From the NCBI GenBank assembly GCA_963749075.1, contig CAVVLJ010000002.1, positions 32,001 through 96,000 of the forward strand: 64,000 nt of DNA. The letters are read 5' to 3'. Source of the DNA: an uncultured Pseudomonadota bacterium. GTDB taxonomy: Bacteria; Pseudomonadota; Alphaproteobacteria; JACZXZ01. Both the position numbers and the translations under genes were made by a program. The notes under the pieces are model-generated. The model did not search any database, was not told the DNA's origin, and saw only the letters and a program-made list of their open reading frames with translations. This document shows positions 20,157 through 28,856 of the stretch, in pieces. Each line of letters starts with the position of its first letter. The first letter of the stretch is position 1.

Positions 20157-20257
20157 CATGCGTCTCCCGTCGCACCATATCGTTGCGTCCGTAGTACCCC
20201 TCCCTGGGGTAGCTCGTTAGAGCGCGATCCGGTCAAGTTGAATCGGGTATCCGCTTC

Positions 20258-20309
20258 GTCTTTCCCGCGAAAACGGAAATCCGGCAGCGCATGGACCCCC
20301 GATTTCGCG
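20258..20309. repeat. REP-like doublet, family B, split by the IS4 insertion (continues at 21794-21811)
   Basis: GTCTTTCCCGCGAAAACGGAAATCC...TGGACCCCCGATTTCGCG|GGGGTGA; same family as the intact 34199-34291. Confidence 0.75.
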
Positions 20310-21793
20310 CTAGTTGATTCACACATTTTTGAGGGTCCATCCGTGGGCGACGGCGAGGAAGTATTCGAGGCCATGCTTGAAGGTGATTGGCCCGGGCTTG
20401 GTGCGTGGGTATCCGTCCCATCCGCCGAGGCGGGCGATGATCCAGGCCGCCCAGGCGAGACTTCGCGGTGGATGGGGATTGCTTTGGAGTTTTGTCCTGC
20501 CGCGGTATGTCGCATCGAGTGCGATGAGGGCTTGGATTTGATCTGGGTTGAAGGCGATGCTGGCCGCCGCGGCATTTTGCCCGTCACGCGCCTGCACGAG
20601 CTGCAGGGTAATGGCGGCAGCCTTGGTCGCGATGGCGGCCAGCTTGAGCAAGCGTTCGGCGCTCTCGAGCCGACTGTCTTCCAGCTTGAGCCCTTGGAGC
20701 TTGAGGGTTCGGAAGAGCTGCTCGATCGTCCAGCGTTTCTTGTACCAATCGACGATGCGCCAAGCGGCTGCCGTATCGCCGACCTCGTGGGTTGTGAGCA
20801 GCCGCCAGTGCAGCGGCTCGGCATCGGCCGGCGGGTCGCATTCGACGACCTCCACCAGCCTGAGGGCGACCCACATTGGCAATCCGTGCTCGCCTGGGCT
20901 CTGCGGTCTGCGCAGCGTGACCGGCCCGAAGCGCAACGCCAGCGTGGCTTGGCGCGCCGGCCGATTGGCGCGCGCCATGAGCGAAACGCTTGTGTGCGCG
21001 GCGAGCGGCATTGCCGCCCCTGCGGCATAGAGCGTTCGGCCATCGGCCAGCAGACGGTCCTGCATCGAGCGCGTCAGCAAATGAAAGCCCGCACTCGGCA
21101 GCGTCGCCCATTCCGCGTAGATATCGCTCTCGCGATCGGCGATCACGGTCACCATCGCGGCAGCGGACAGGACCTCTTTGGCCTGCTCGGCCGTCCTGAG
21201 CCAGCGCTGCGATTCCTTGGCGGCCAGCGGCCGCTCGTTATGCGGCGTCGTGATGCGGCCCTGGCGCGTCCAGAGCTGGCCGGCGACGAGGCCGAGACAG
21301 CCGTCAGTCTCGGCATCGAGCGCCAGCATCGCGTGCAGCAGCAAGCCCCGCCCCACGCCTTTGCCGATCTCGCCCAACCCGCGCCGCCGCTCGGCCGTCG
21401 TCCGGAAACCGATCTCGCTGGTGTCCTGGATCGCCAGCACGTGCCGCCCGCTGGCCGCGCGCGCGGTCTGCTCGCCCCAGCCAGCGAGCAATGCCTCCAC
21501 CGTTACCTTGGGGTTCGCAAGAAGCCGGCCGTAACGCACGATCGCGCGGCGCTCGCCGCCGGCCGCTCGCCGCAAGCAGCTGCTTTCACGCGCAACCATG
21601 CCCTTGAGCAAAGCCGCCCCCCTTTTTCGAGGCGACGATCCCCAAACCGACCCGGCCAATACTGCGCGTCCGACATCGCGGCACTCCTCAAAAATCGAAG
21701 TGCCGGAAAGAGAATCACACAAAATCATGTTGGCGATACCCCAAAATATCACGCTGAGTCACTTTGCCGCACCAAGATGTGTGCATCTACTAG
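20310..21793 (-). mobile_element. IS4-family (IS50/Tn5-like) insertion sequence, 1484 bp
   Basis: Terminal IRs CTAGTTGATTCACACAT (left) and CTAGTAGATGCACACAT (right, reverse complement). Perfect 10-bp direct repeat CGATTTCGCG at 20300-20309 and 21794-21803. Confidence 0.95.
20319..21676 (-). CDS. IS4-family DDE transposase, split by a -1 frameshift at 21617-21627
   Basis: IQDTSE, IADRESD, YKKRWTIEQLFRTLK (YREK motif), IARLGGW. The RBS-preceded N-terminus MSDAQYWPGRFGDRRLEKGG (ATG 21676) is in a different frame from the body. Confidence 0.9.
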
Positions 21794-21896
21794 CGATTTC
21801 GCGGGGGTGAGGTCGGGCCCTTTGATCATATTCCCGCGCCCGTGCAGAGCCGGCATCAGGCGAGCTCGATGGCGATACATCGTTATGGCCAGGCAA

Positions 21897-23444
21897 TCAC
21901 TCGTTGTTGTGGGATTCGGCGGATGTGGCGAGCGCCAGCGCACCTGCGCGGCGCTTGCGATGGGCGGCTCTCAGCGCGAACGCAATCTGACCCACGACCA
22001 GCAGAATGCACGCCCAAATGAAGGCAGCGCTGATCGGCCGCTCGAAGAACACCAGTAAATCACCCCGGGAGATGAGCAGCGCACGACGGAAGTTCTCCTC
22101 GACAAGCGGGCCCAGCACATACCCGAGCATGATCGGCGCAACCGGGAAATCGAGGGCGATGAAGATGGCGCCCACAATTCCGAACACCAGGACCTCGTTG
22201 ACCTCGAACAGGCTGTTGTTGGTGCTGTAGACGCCGACGACGATGAAGAAGAGCGCGCACGGAAACATGTAGCGATACGGCACCTGCAGCACCTTGACCC
22301 AGAGTCCGATCAGCGGAACGTTGAGAATCACGAGTAACACGTTGCCGATCCAGAAGCTCGCGATCAGTCCCCAGAAAAGGTCGGCATGCTCGCTGATGAG
22401 CTGCGGACCGGGCTGAATACCCTGGATGAGCAAGGCACCGAGCAGCAAGGCCATGACCGGATCGCCCGGGATGCCCAAGCTCATGGTAGGAATGAAGTCG
22501 ACCTGGGTCTTGGAGTGCGATGCGGCCTCCGGGCTCGCCACGCCCTCCAGCGCCCCGTGCCCGAACCGCTCGGGCGTCTTGGAGATTTTCCGCTCAAAGG
22601 CATAGGCGATGAAGGTGGTAATGGTGGGGCCGGTGCCGGGCATGGCCCCGAACAGCGTGCCGATCAGGGTTCCGCGCAGCATCGGGAGGAAGGACTGTTT
22701 GATCTCGGCCCTGCTCGGAAACATGTCGCGAAACCGGACCTTCGTCCCGCTGCCGACGATGTGCATTCGGTTCACGTTGCGCAGGAAGTCGGCTACCCCG
22801 AACAAGCCCAGTGCCAATGCCACCAATTCAACCCGGTCGCTCAATTCGATCAGGCCAAAAGTGAACCGAAGGGTGCCGCTGTTGACGTCGGTGCCCACGA
22901 TGCCGATCAACAGCCCCACGACCGTCATCGTCACTCCCTTGAGCGGAGAACCCTTGGACATCGTGCCGCCGGCGAGCAGGCCAAGCAGCATGATCGAAAA
23001 GATTTCCGCCGGCCCGAACTTGAACGCCACCTCCACCAGCAGCGGGGACGCGAAGATCATCACCGTAATCCCGAACGACGCCGCGAAGAACGAGGCAATC
23101 ATGGTGACGCCAAGCGCCGTCCCGCCTCTGCCTTGCCTGGTCATCGGATAGCCGTCGAGGCAAGTGACGGCGTGGGGCGGATGCGACGGCATATTGAGCA
23201 GGATGGCGCCAATCGCGCCGCCATACATCGAGCCGTAGAAGATGCCCGCCAGCATCAGGATGGCCGCCACCGGATGCATCGTGTAGGTCAGCGGCAGCAG
23301 CATCGAAATGGCCGACAGCGCGCCCATGCCGGGCAGCACGCCGATAAGATTGCCCATCAGTACGCCAAAAAACGACCACATCAGGTTGTGCGGCTGCAGC
23401 GCGACACCGAAGCCGTACCACAGGTCGAGTAACGACTGATGCAT
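21897..23444 (-). CDS. tctA: Tripartite tricarboxylate transporter large permease
   Basis: GVLPGMG, YGG...ILLNMP, CLDGYPM..QGR, PEAA, IPTMSLGIPGD, LGP.VEENFRRAL. Confidence 0.95.
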   Translation of the reverse strand: MHQSLLDLWYGFGVALQPHNLMWSFFGVLMGNLIGVLPGMGALSAISMLLPLTYTMHPVAAILMLAGIFYGSMYGGAIGAILLNMPSHPPHAVTCLDGYPMTRQGRGGTALGVTMIASFFAASFGITVMIFASPLLVEVAFKFGPAEIFSIMLLGLLAGGTMSKGSPLKGVTMTVVGLLIGIVGTDVNSGTLRFTFGLIELSDRVELVALALGLFGVADFLRNVNRMHIVGSGTKVRFRDMFPSRAEIKQSFLPMLRGTLIGTLFGAMPGTGPTITTFIAYAFERKISKTPERFGHGALEGVASPEAASHSKTQVDFIPTMSLGIPGDPVMALLLGALLIQGIQPGPQLISEHADLFWGLIASFWIGNVLLVILNVPLIGLWVKVLQVPYRYMFPCALFFIVVGVYSTNNSLFEVNEVLVFGIVGAIFIALDFPVAPIMLGYVLGPLVEENFRRALLISRGDLLVFFERPISAAFIWACILLVVGQIAFALRAAHRKRRAGALALATSAESHNNE

Positions 23445-23447
23445 CGC

Positions 23448-23912
23448 TCACCTCCAGTCGAACAGTGGGAACTGCAATTGGAGGGCCCACCAGAAGACGA
23501 CGATGCAGACCGCGACGACGGCGAGCGCCAGAACGGTGGCGCTCTTTATCGTGTTCTGCCGGTCGCCGAGCGCCGAAATGAAGACAATGGCGAAGGTCGC
23601 GGGCAGCAGACCCCCGTAGGCGCCGAGCACGACGAACGCGACGACGCCCGCGCCGATGCAGAACCAGCCGCGCCATTCCGGCGGCAGCGGCGCCTCTTCG
23701 CCCTCGTATTCGGCAAAGCGGGCGGTGATCGCGATGGCCAGGCCGGTGAGCGCGAGGATCGCGCCCAGGGCGACGGGAAAGAAGCCCGGCCCCATGCTGC
23801 TCAGCGTTCCCATGCGATAGCTCGAACCCTGAACCATCGCGGCCACGCCGAGCGCAATCATCAGGGCGCCTCCGACATAGTCTCGCTTGCGCTTGTTTGC
23901 GAGTAGCTGCAT
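23448..23912 (-). CDS. tctB: Tripartite tricarboxylate transporter small permease
   Basis: MGPGFFP motif, four hydrophobic segments, directly upstream of tctA. GAGGA before ATG 23912. Confidence 0.92.
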   Translation of the reverse strand: MQLLANKRKRDYVGGALMIALGVAAMVQGSSYRMGTLSSMGPGFFPVALGAILALTGLAIAITARFAEYEGEEAPLPPEWRGWFCIGAGVVAFVVLGAYGGLLPATFAIVFISALGDRQNTIKSATVLALAVVAVCIVVFWWALQLQFPLFDWR

Positions 23913-24049
23913 TGATTCCTCTTTCAACGACGAGCGTCACGCGTAGCGTTGCAGCATATAGCTTGCACGCGCGCCGCGTCTATCATGGTTCCCAAAACTC
24001 CTCGGATGAATTCGGCGAGCCGCTCCCGCTATGCGGCCAACCGCTCCAT

Positions 24050-24468
24050 TGAGCCGGTCCTGGGAAATCGGACAGCGTGCTAAGGCGCATTCCGCCGGAT
24101 AACGGAGGCGCACGCGATGACGACGAGACGGCGGTTTACCGGCGAATTCAAGGCGCGGGTAGCGCCGGACGCGTTGCGGGCCGATAAGACCGTCGAGGAG
24201 ATTGCCGCCCCGCACAAGGTGCATCCGAACTAGGCGGGCGCGTGGAAGCGCCAGTCGATCGACGGCTTGGGCGAGGCGTTCTCGAACGGGGCGGACCGCG
24301 GGCGCCGGGCTCTGCATCGAGGCGTCGAACAGCGCGCTGGCCGGATGCGGCCGGCCTGAGATCTTCAACAAGGATCAGAGCCTGCCCCTGCGGAGGCGGG
24401 GCGCAGCCAGTTCACCAGCCTCGACTTCACCGGCGTGCTCAAGGACGCGGAGATCGCGGTCTCGACGG
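24050..24468 (+). mobile_element. IS3-family relic (left end, stop-containing orfA start fused to orfB fragment)
   Basis: Starts TGAGCCGGTCCTGGGAAATCGGAC. Encodes MTTRRRFTGEFKARVA...HKVHPN*..WKRQ, then CIEA...GRPEIFNKDQ[insert]SQFTSLDFTGVL. Confidence 0.88.
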
Positions 24469-24514
24469 CTGAGGTTTCGCGTATTGCCGGAGCTGTATGG
24501 AACATGCGCTCGGG

Positions 24515-24814
24515 CTATCGAGCACCCCGCACAGATTTTTCCGTATTTCCTCCAGCCAAGGGGACACGCACGACTGTCCGTTTCGCGACGCGCGTATCGA
24601 GCCGCGCCAGGATATCCTTGATATCCTGGTCGCGATGGCGCCTGAATTCTTTGATGTCCATGGCGCCGCCGCGAAGCTGCTCTTCCTTTTCGGCTTCCTC
24701 GATCTCCAGATCGATCCGATCGATGTCGGCCCGATGAATGGTTTCATCGGCTTTTGCCACCTGCCTTGGAGAGGCCAGGCGCACCGCGATGAATGACGAT
24801 GGTTCGTCGGCCAT
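24515..24814 (-). CDS. Hypothetical 99-aa charged protein
   Basis: Strong AAGGAG 7 nt before ATG; acidic/basic helical-looking sequence; no family recognised. Confidence 0.5.
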   Translation of the reverse strand: MADEPSSFIAVRLASPRQVAKADETIHRADIDRIDLEIEEAEKEEQLRGGAMDIKEFRRHRDQDIKDILARLDTRVAKRTVVRVPLAGGNTEKSVRGAR

Positions 24815-25002
24815 ATCAGTCTCCTTAAATCCCGAGACACCCTCTCTTGCATCAATATTCCACTCGCTATGGGATGATTCGCAGAAGCCGTTTCAAGAAT
24901 GCGGGTTTATCGGCCGCTCCAAAGCCCCGGAGAGTTAGGAGGCGGGCTGCAGCGTTCAATTGTGGGGCAAAAAACTCGCAATCGTCCGATAGCTCGGGCA
25001 AA

Positions 25003-25026
25003 CCCCCGCTCTCGAGGGGGCAGGCT
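25003..25026 (-). repeat. Mini hairpin element AGCCTGCCCCCTCGAGAGCGGGGG (family D)
   Basis: Same AGCCTGCCCC head and GCGGGG tail as the 23-nt inserts at 15858-15880 and 24379-24401. Confidence 0.6.
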
Positions 25027-25067
25027 GGGCCTCAGGTACCTCTGGCAAGACGAAACAAGTAGCCCCC

Positions 25068-26651
25068 CTACGTCCGCCGCACGTTCCAGAAGACGGGATT
25101 GCCGCCGAGGAGGCCGCTCAGGTTGGCCTGGCAGGCGGTTGGGGCGAAGAACTGGCCGAGCGGGATGTAGGGCACGTCCACGAAAGCCTGGAGCTGGATG
25201 TCGCGCGCGATCTTCTGCTGCCCCGCGAGGTCGGGCGCCTCGAGCCAGGCCTGGCGCAGCTCCTCGAGGCGCGGGCTCGTGGGCCAGCCGACGGTGGCGT
25301 CCTTGCCGTTGCCGCGGAGGAAGACGTGGCCCACGGGATTGGCGTGGTCGGTGCCGCTCCAGAGCGTGTGGTAGATGCTCCAGCCGCCGTCTGCGACCGG
25401 CTCCTTCTTGGTGCGGCGCGCCACGAGCGTCGTCCAGTCCATGCCCTGGTAATCCACGTTCATGCCGAGCTTCTTCATCGTGTCGGCGGTGATGTCGGTG
25501 AGCGCCTTGACCGAGGCGATGTTGGTCGGCCCGATGAGCACGATCTTCTCGCCCTTGTAGCCGGCCGCCTCAACGTCGCGCTTCACCTTGGCGAGATCGC
25601 GCGGGCCGGTGAGCGCTGCCATGCCGGCGTCGCTCGCCATCGGCGTCTCGGGGCAGAAGAAGCCGCAGCGGTCGCGCCACATGCTGCGGTCGGTGCCGAC
25701 CGTGGCGGTCATGTATTCGGCCTGGTCGACGGCGCCGAGGAGGGCGCGGCGCAGGGCGGCGTTGTCGAAGGGGGGGTTCAGATGGTTGAAGCGCATGGTG
25801 CCGATGAAGCCCGTCGGGTCGATGATCTCGACGGCGAGCTTCTTGTCGGCTTTCAGGATGGGCAGGAGATCGGCATCCGGGACGAGCCACCAATCGACCT
25901 CGCCCTGGCGGAGCGCCGCCGCCGCGGTGCCGCCGTCCTGGATGATGTGCCATTCGATGCGGTCGAAGTGCGCGAGCTTGGGGCCGGCCGTGCCGCTCGC
26001 CTCGCCGTCGGGACGGGGGACGTAGCCCGCGAAGCGCTCGTAGACCACGAGCGAGCCCATGACCCGCTCGTCCGCCTTGAAGCGGTAGGGCCCGCTGCCG
26101 ACCATCTCGGTCACCTGCGTCATGGGGTCGGTCATGGCGAGGCGCTCGGGCATGATGGCGCAAACGTTGGGCGGGGTCTTGCCGAGTGCGGCCGGAAGGA
26201 GGGCGAAGGCCCGCTTCATGCGGAAGACGATGGTGCGGTCGTCGGCGGCCGAGAGCTCGTCGGTCGCGGCTATGAGCGCCTGGCCGAAGGAGTCGCGCGC
26301 GGCCCAGCGCTTGATGCTGGCAACCGCGTCGCGCGCCAGGACCGGCGTGCCGTCGTGGAACTTGAGGCCGTCGCGCAGGGCGAGCTTCCACAGCTTGCCG
26401 CCACTCTCGCTCGCCGCACCCGCCACCATCTGGGGCTGGGCGTTGTAGTGCGCGTCCATCCCGAAGAGCGTGTCGAAGACCAGGAAGGCGTGGTCGCGCG
26501 TCGGATAGGTGGTCGTCCACACCGGATCGAGGACCGAGAGATCCGCCTGGGGAACGAACTTGAGCACCCGGCTCGATTGCGCGCGCGCGAGCGCCGGCAG
26601 CGCCAGGGTGGCGCCGGCGGCAGCGAGGAATTGCCGTCGCTTGAGTTTCAT
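25068..26651 (-). CDS. ABC transporter substrate-binding protein, family 5 (Tat signal)
   Basis: MKLKRRQFL Tat motif, DLSVLDP, LRDGLKFHDG, GSGPYRF, PPFDN...RRA. Confidence 0.93.
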   Translation of the reverse strand: MKLKRRQFLAAAGATLALPALARAQSSRVLKFVPQADLSVLDPVWTTTYPTRDHAFLVFDTLFGMDAHYNAQPQMVAGAASESGGKLWKLALRDGLKFHDGTPVLARDAVASIKRWAARDSFGQALIAATDELSAADDRTIVFRMKRAFALLPAALGKTPPNVCAIMPERLAMTDPMTQVTEMVGSGPYRFKADERVMGSLVVYERFAGYVPRPDGEASGTAGPKLAHFDRIEWHIIQDGGTAAAALRQGEVDWWLVPDADLLPILKADKKLAVEIIDPTGFIGTMRFNHLNPPFDNAALRRALLGAVDQAEYMTATVGTDRSMWRDRCGFFCPETPMASDAGMAALTGPRDLAKVKRDVEAAGYKGEKIVLIGPTNIASVKALTDITADTMKKLGMNVDYQGMDWTTLVARRTKKEPVADGGWSIYHTLWSGTDHANPVGHVFLRGNGKDATVGWPTSPRLEELRQAWLEAPDLAGQQKIARDIQLQAFVDVPYIPLGQFFAPTACQANLSGLLGGNPVFWNVRRT

Positions 26652-26737
26652 CGCAAGGTCCCTCTTTGGCTCATCAGTCCGTACTATGACGCAAGGGCAG
26701 AGGCCGGTCACCCGCGGAAATCGCCGCGATGCCCCCC

Positions 26738-27589
26738 TCAGCGCGCGATGTAGCGCCGGCCAACGAAGAAATTGACCGCCGCCGTGAGCGCCAGGGTCAC
26801 CGCCATGAGCACGAAGGCAAGCGCCGCGCCGAACGGCCAGTTGGTCTGGTTGAGGATCTCGTCGGCGACGCGGGGCGCCATCATCTGGAAGCGCGGGCCG
26901 CCGAGCAGCACGGGAGTCGCATAGGCGTTCATGGTGAGGATGAAGGAGAGGATGCCGGCGGCGAGAAGGCCCGGCACCGCGAGCGGCAGGGTCACGAGCC
27001 GCCAGACGCCGAAGGGCGTCGCTCCGAGGCTCAAGGCCGCCTCCTCGGCGGCGCGGTCGATGCCCTCGAGCACGCTCTCGAGCGTGAGCACGACGAAGGG
27101 GAGATTGACCGAGAGGATGCCGATGACGACGGCGGTCGTCGAGAACATGAGGTCGATGGGCTTGTCCCTGAGGCCGAGCGCCTGCGCGAGGCCGCTCACC
27201 AGGCCCTGCTGGCCGAGCGCCACCATCCAGCCCGCGGCGCGCACTGCATTGCCGACAAAGAGCGGCAGCACGACGGCGAGCACGAGGAGGCTCTTCGCGC
27301 GCTCGCCCGCCCGCACCAGCATGAGGGCCACGGGGAACGCAGCGGCGAGCGAGAGCGCCGTCACCGCGACGGCCACCACGAGCGTCGTTTTCAGCACGCC
27401 CACGTAATAGGGATCGCTCACGAACTTCACGTAGTTCGCGGCCGTGAGCGCCTCGACCATGAACTGCCCGGGCACGAAGCGGTTGAGGCTGTAGCGGAAG
27501 AGGAGGAGGAGCGGCAGCACCAGGAAGAGGAAGACGAGGAGCGTCGAGGGGAGGACGAGCGCCGCCGCCGTCCGGCGCGCCGTTGTCAT
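26738..27589 (-). CDS. ABC permease, PotB-like
   Basis: Hydrophobic; EEAALSLGA EAA loop; NWPFGAALA. Confidence 0.92.
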   Translation of the reverse strand: MTTARRTAAALVLPSTLLVFLFLVLPLLLLFRYSLNRFVPGQFMVEALTAANYVKFVSDPYYVGVLKTTLVVAVAVTALSLAAAFPVALMLVRAGERAKSLLVLAVVLPLFVGNAVRAAGWMVALGQQGLVSGLAQALGLRDKPIDLMFSTTAVVIGILSVNLPFVVLTLESVLEGIDRAAEEAALSLGATPFGVWRLVTLPLAVPGLLAAGILSFILTMNAYATPVLLGGPRFQMMAPRVADEILNQTNWPFGAALAFVLMAVTLALTAAVNFFVGRRYIAR

Positions 27590-27639
27590 CCGCGAGTGCG
27601 GGAGGTCGGCCGGTCCCCGCCTTCCGAGCCTGAGCCGTC

Positions 27640-27760
27640 ACCCCCACCCCAACCCTCCCCCGTCAAGCGGGAGGGGGAATATTTGGGATACGCCAACTTC
27701 CTCCCTCCCCCCTTGAGGGGGATCGACCGCCCGTTGAGGAGCGGTCGATGGGTGGGGGGT
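27640..27760. repeat. REP-like doublet, family A (CCCCCACCCCAACCCTCCCCC..GGGAGGGG), with an internal extra hairpin
   Basis: Two inverted copies; the second is interrupted by ATCGACCGC-N10-GCGGTCGAT. Similar to 38898-39015. Confidence 0.8.
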
Positions 27761-27790
27761 GTACTGCGCATTCCTCGCTCCGATCGGCCC

Positions 27791-28831
27791 CTACGCCTTG
27801 AACTCCTTGTTCCACCACTCCTGGAACTGGCTGTCGTTCTTGGCGATGTAATCGTAGTCCTCGGTCATGATCTTGGTGCCGGGTGCGAAGGCGATGCGCT
27901 TCTCGAGATCGGGCGGCAGCGTCACGTCGTCGGCGCTCGGGTTGTAGCCCATGTTCTTGGCGAAATCGATCTGCGGCGGCGGCTCCAGCATGGCGTCGAT
28001 ATAGGCGTAGGCCGCCGCCTTGTTGGGCGCGTTCTTGGGCACCGAGAAGTCCGAGACATAGGCGACGATGCCCTCCTTGGGTGCGGCGATCTCGACGGGA
28101 ACGCCGGCGTTCTGCCACATGATGCCGCGCGCCTTCCACATGATGCACATGGCGCACTCGCCGGTCTGGAGGGCCTGGGCCATGGCCTCGTTGGTCGGGT
28201 AGATCTTGATCCCCAGCGTCTTGAGCTCGAGGAGCTTGGCCTTGCCGGGCTCGTAGTTGGAGAGGTTGCCGCCCGAGATCATCGCCGCCAATTCGATCGT
28301 CGTCAGGTACTGGATGTCGATGACGCCGACCTTGCCGGTATGGGCCTGGCTCCACAGATCGGCGTAGGAGGTGGGTGCCGCCGTGATGATCTTCGGGTTG
28401 TAGAGGATGATCCTGCCGCTCCAGATGTGGGGGGCCGAATATTTCGTGCGCAGGTCGGGCAGCACGTGCTTGAGGTTCGGGATCTTGCTTTCGTCGAGCT
28501 CCTCGAGCACGCCGTTCTGCCACATCTGGAAGGAGCCGGGCGAGCTCAATGCCGCCACGTCCATGGTGCCGCGCGGAAGGCGCGCCTCGGCCAGGAGCTT
28601 GGTGCGCCGCGCCGTGTCGTTGGCGGTATCGTAGACCACCTCGATGCCCTTGGGCTCGACGAGCGGCTTGGCGATGTAGTTCTCGAGGAACTTCTCGTAG
28701 TCGCCTCCCCAGGTGCCGACGACGACGCGGCCGCCGGCCGCCGCCGCCGGCCGCATGCCCGAGAAAGCGCCGGCGGCAAGGCCGGCGCCAAGCAGTGCCG
28801 TGAAGCCGCGTCGCGTGATCCTCTCGCTCAT
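27791..28831 (-). CDS. ABC substrate-binding protein, PotD/PotF-like
   Basis: TRRGF Tat-like motif, TWGGDY, IPNL, SYADLW, PKEG, AYAYID.ML. Confidence 0.9.
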   Translation of the reverse strand: MSERITRRGFTALLGAGLAAGAFSGMRPAAAAGGRVVVGTWGGDYEKFLENYIAKPLVEPKGIEVVYDTANDTARRTKLLAEARLPRGTMDVAALSSPGSFQMWQNGVLEELDESKIPNLKHVLPDLRTKYSAPHIWSGRIILYNPKIITAAPTSYADLWSQAHTGKVGVIDIQYLTTIELAAMISGGNLSNYEPGKAKLLELKTLGIKIYPTNEAMAQALQTGECAMCIMWKARGIMWQNAGVPVEIAAPKEGIVAYVSDFSVPKNAPNKAAAYAYIDAMLEPPPQIDFAKNMGYNPSADDVTLPPDLEKRIAFAPGTKIMTEDYDYIAKNDSQFQEWWNKEFKA

Positions 28832-28856
28832 GTTCCGCCTCCTCTTGCTCTTGGCC

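Noticed and set aside
20217-20250. TTAGAGCGCGATCCGGTCAAGTTGAATCG, resembling another alphaproteobacterial repeat end
   Set aside because: Single partial copy with no partner arm in the window.
21677-21752. ORF-track start of the transposase at 21752 giving a continuous 477-aa protein
   Set aside because: That N-terminus lacks the FGDxRL motif and a clear RBS, both of which are present in the frame starting at 21676.
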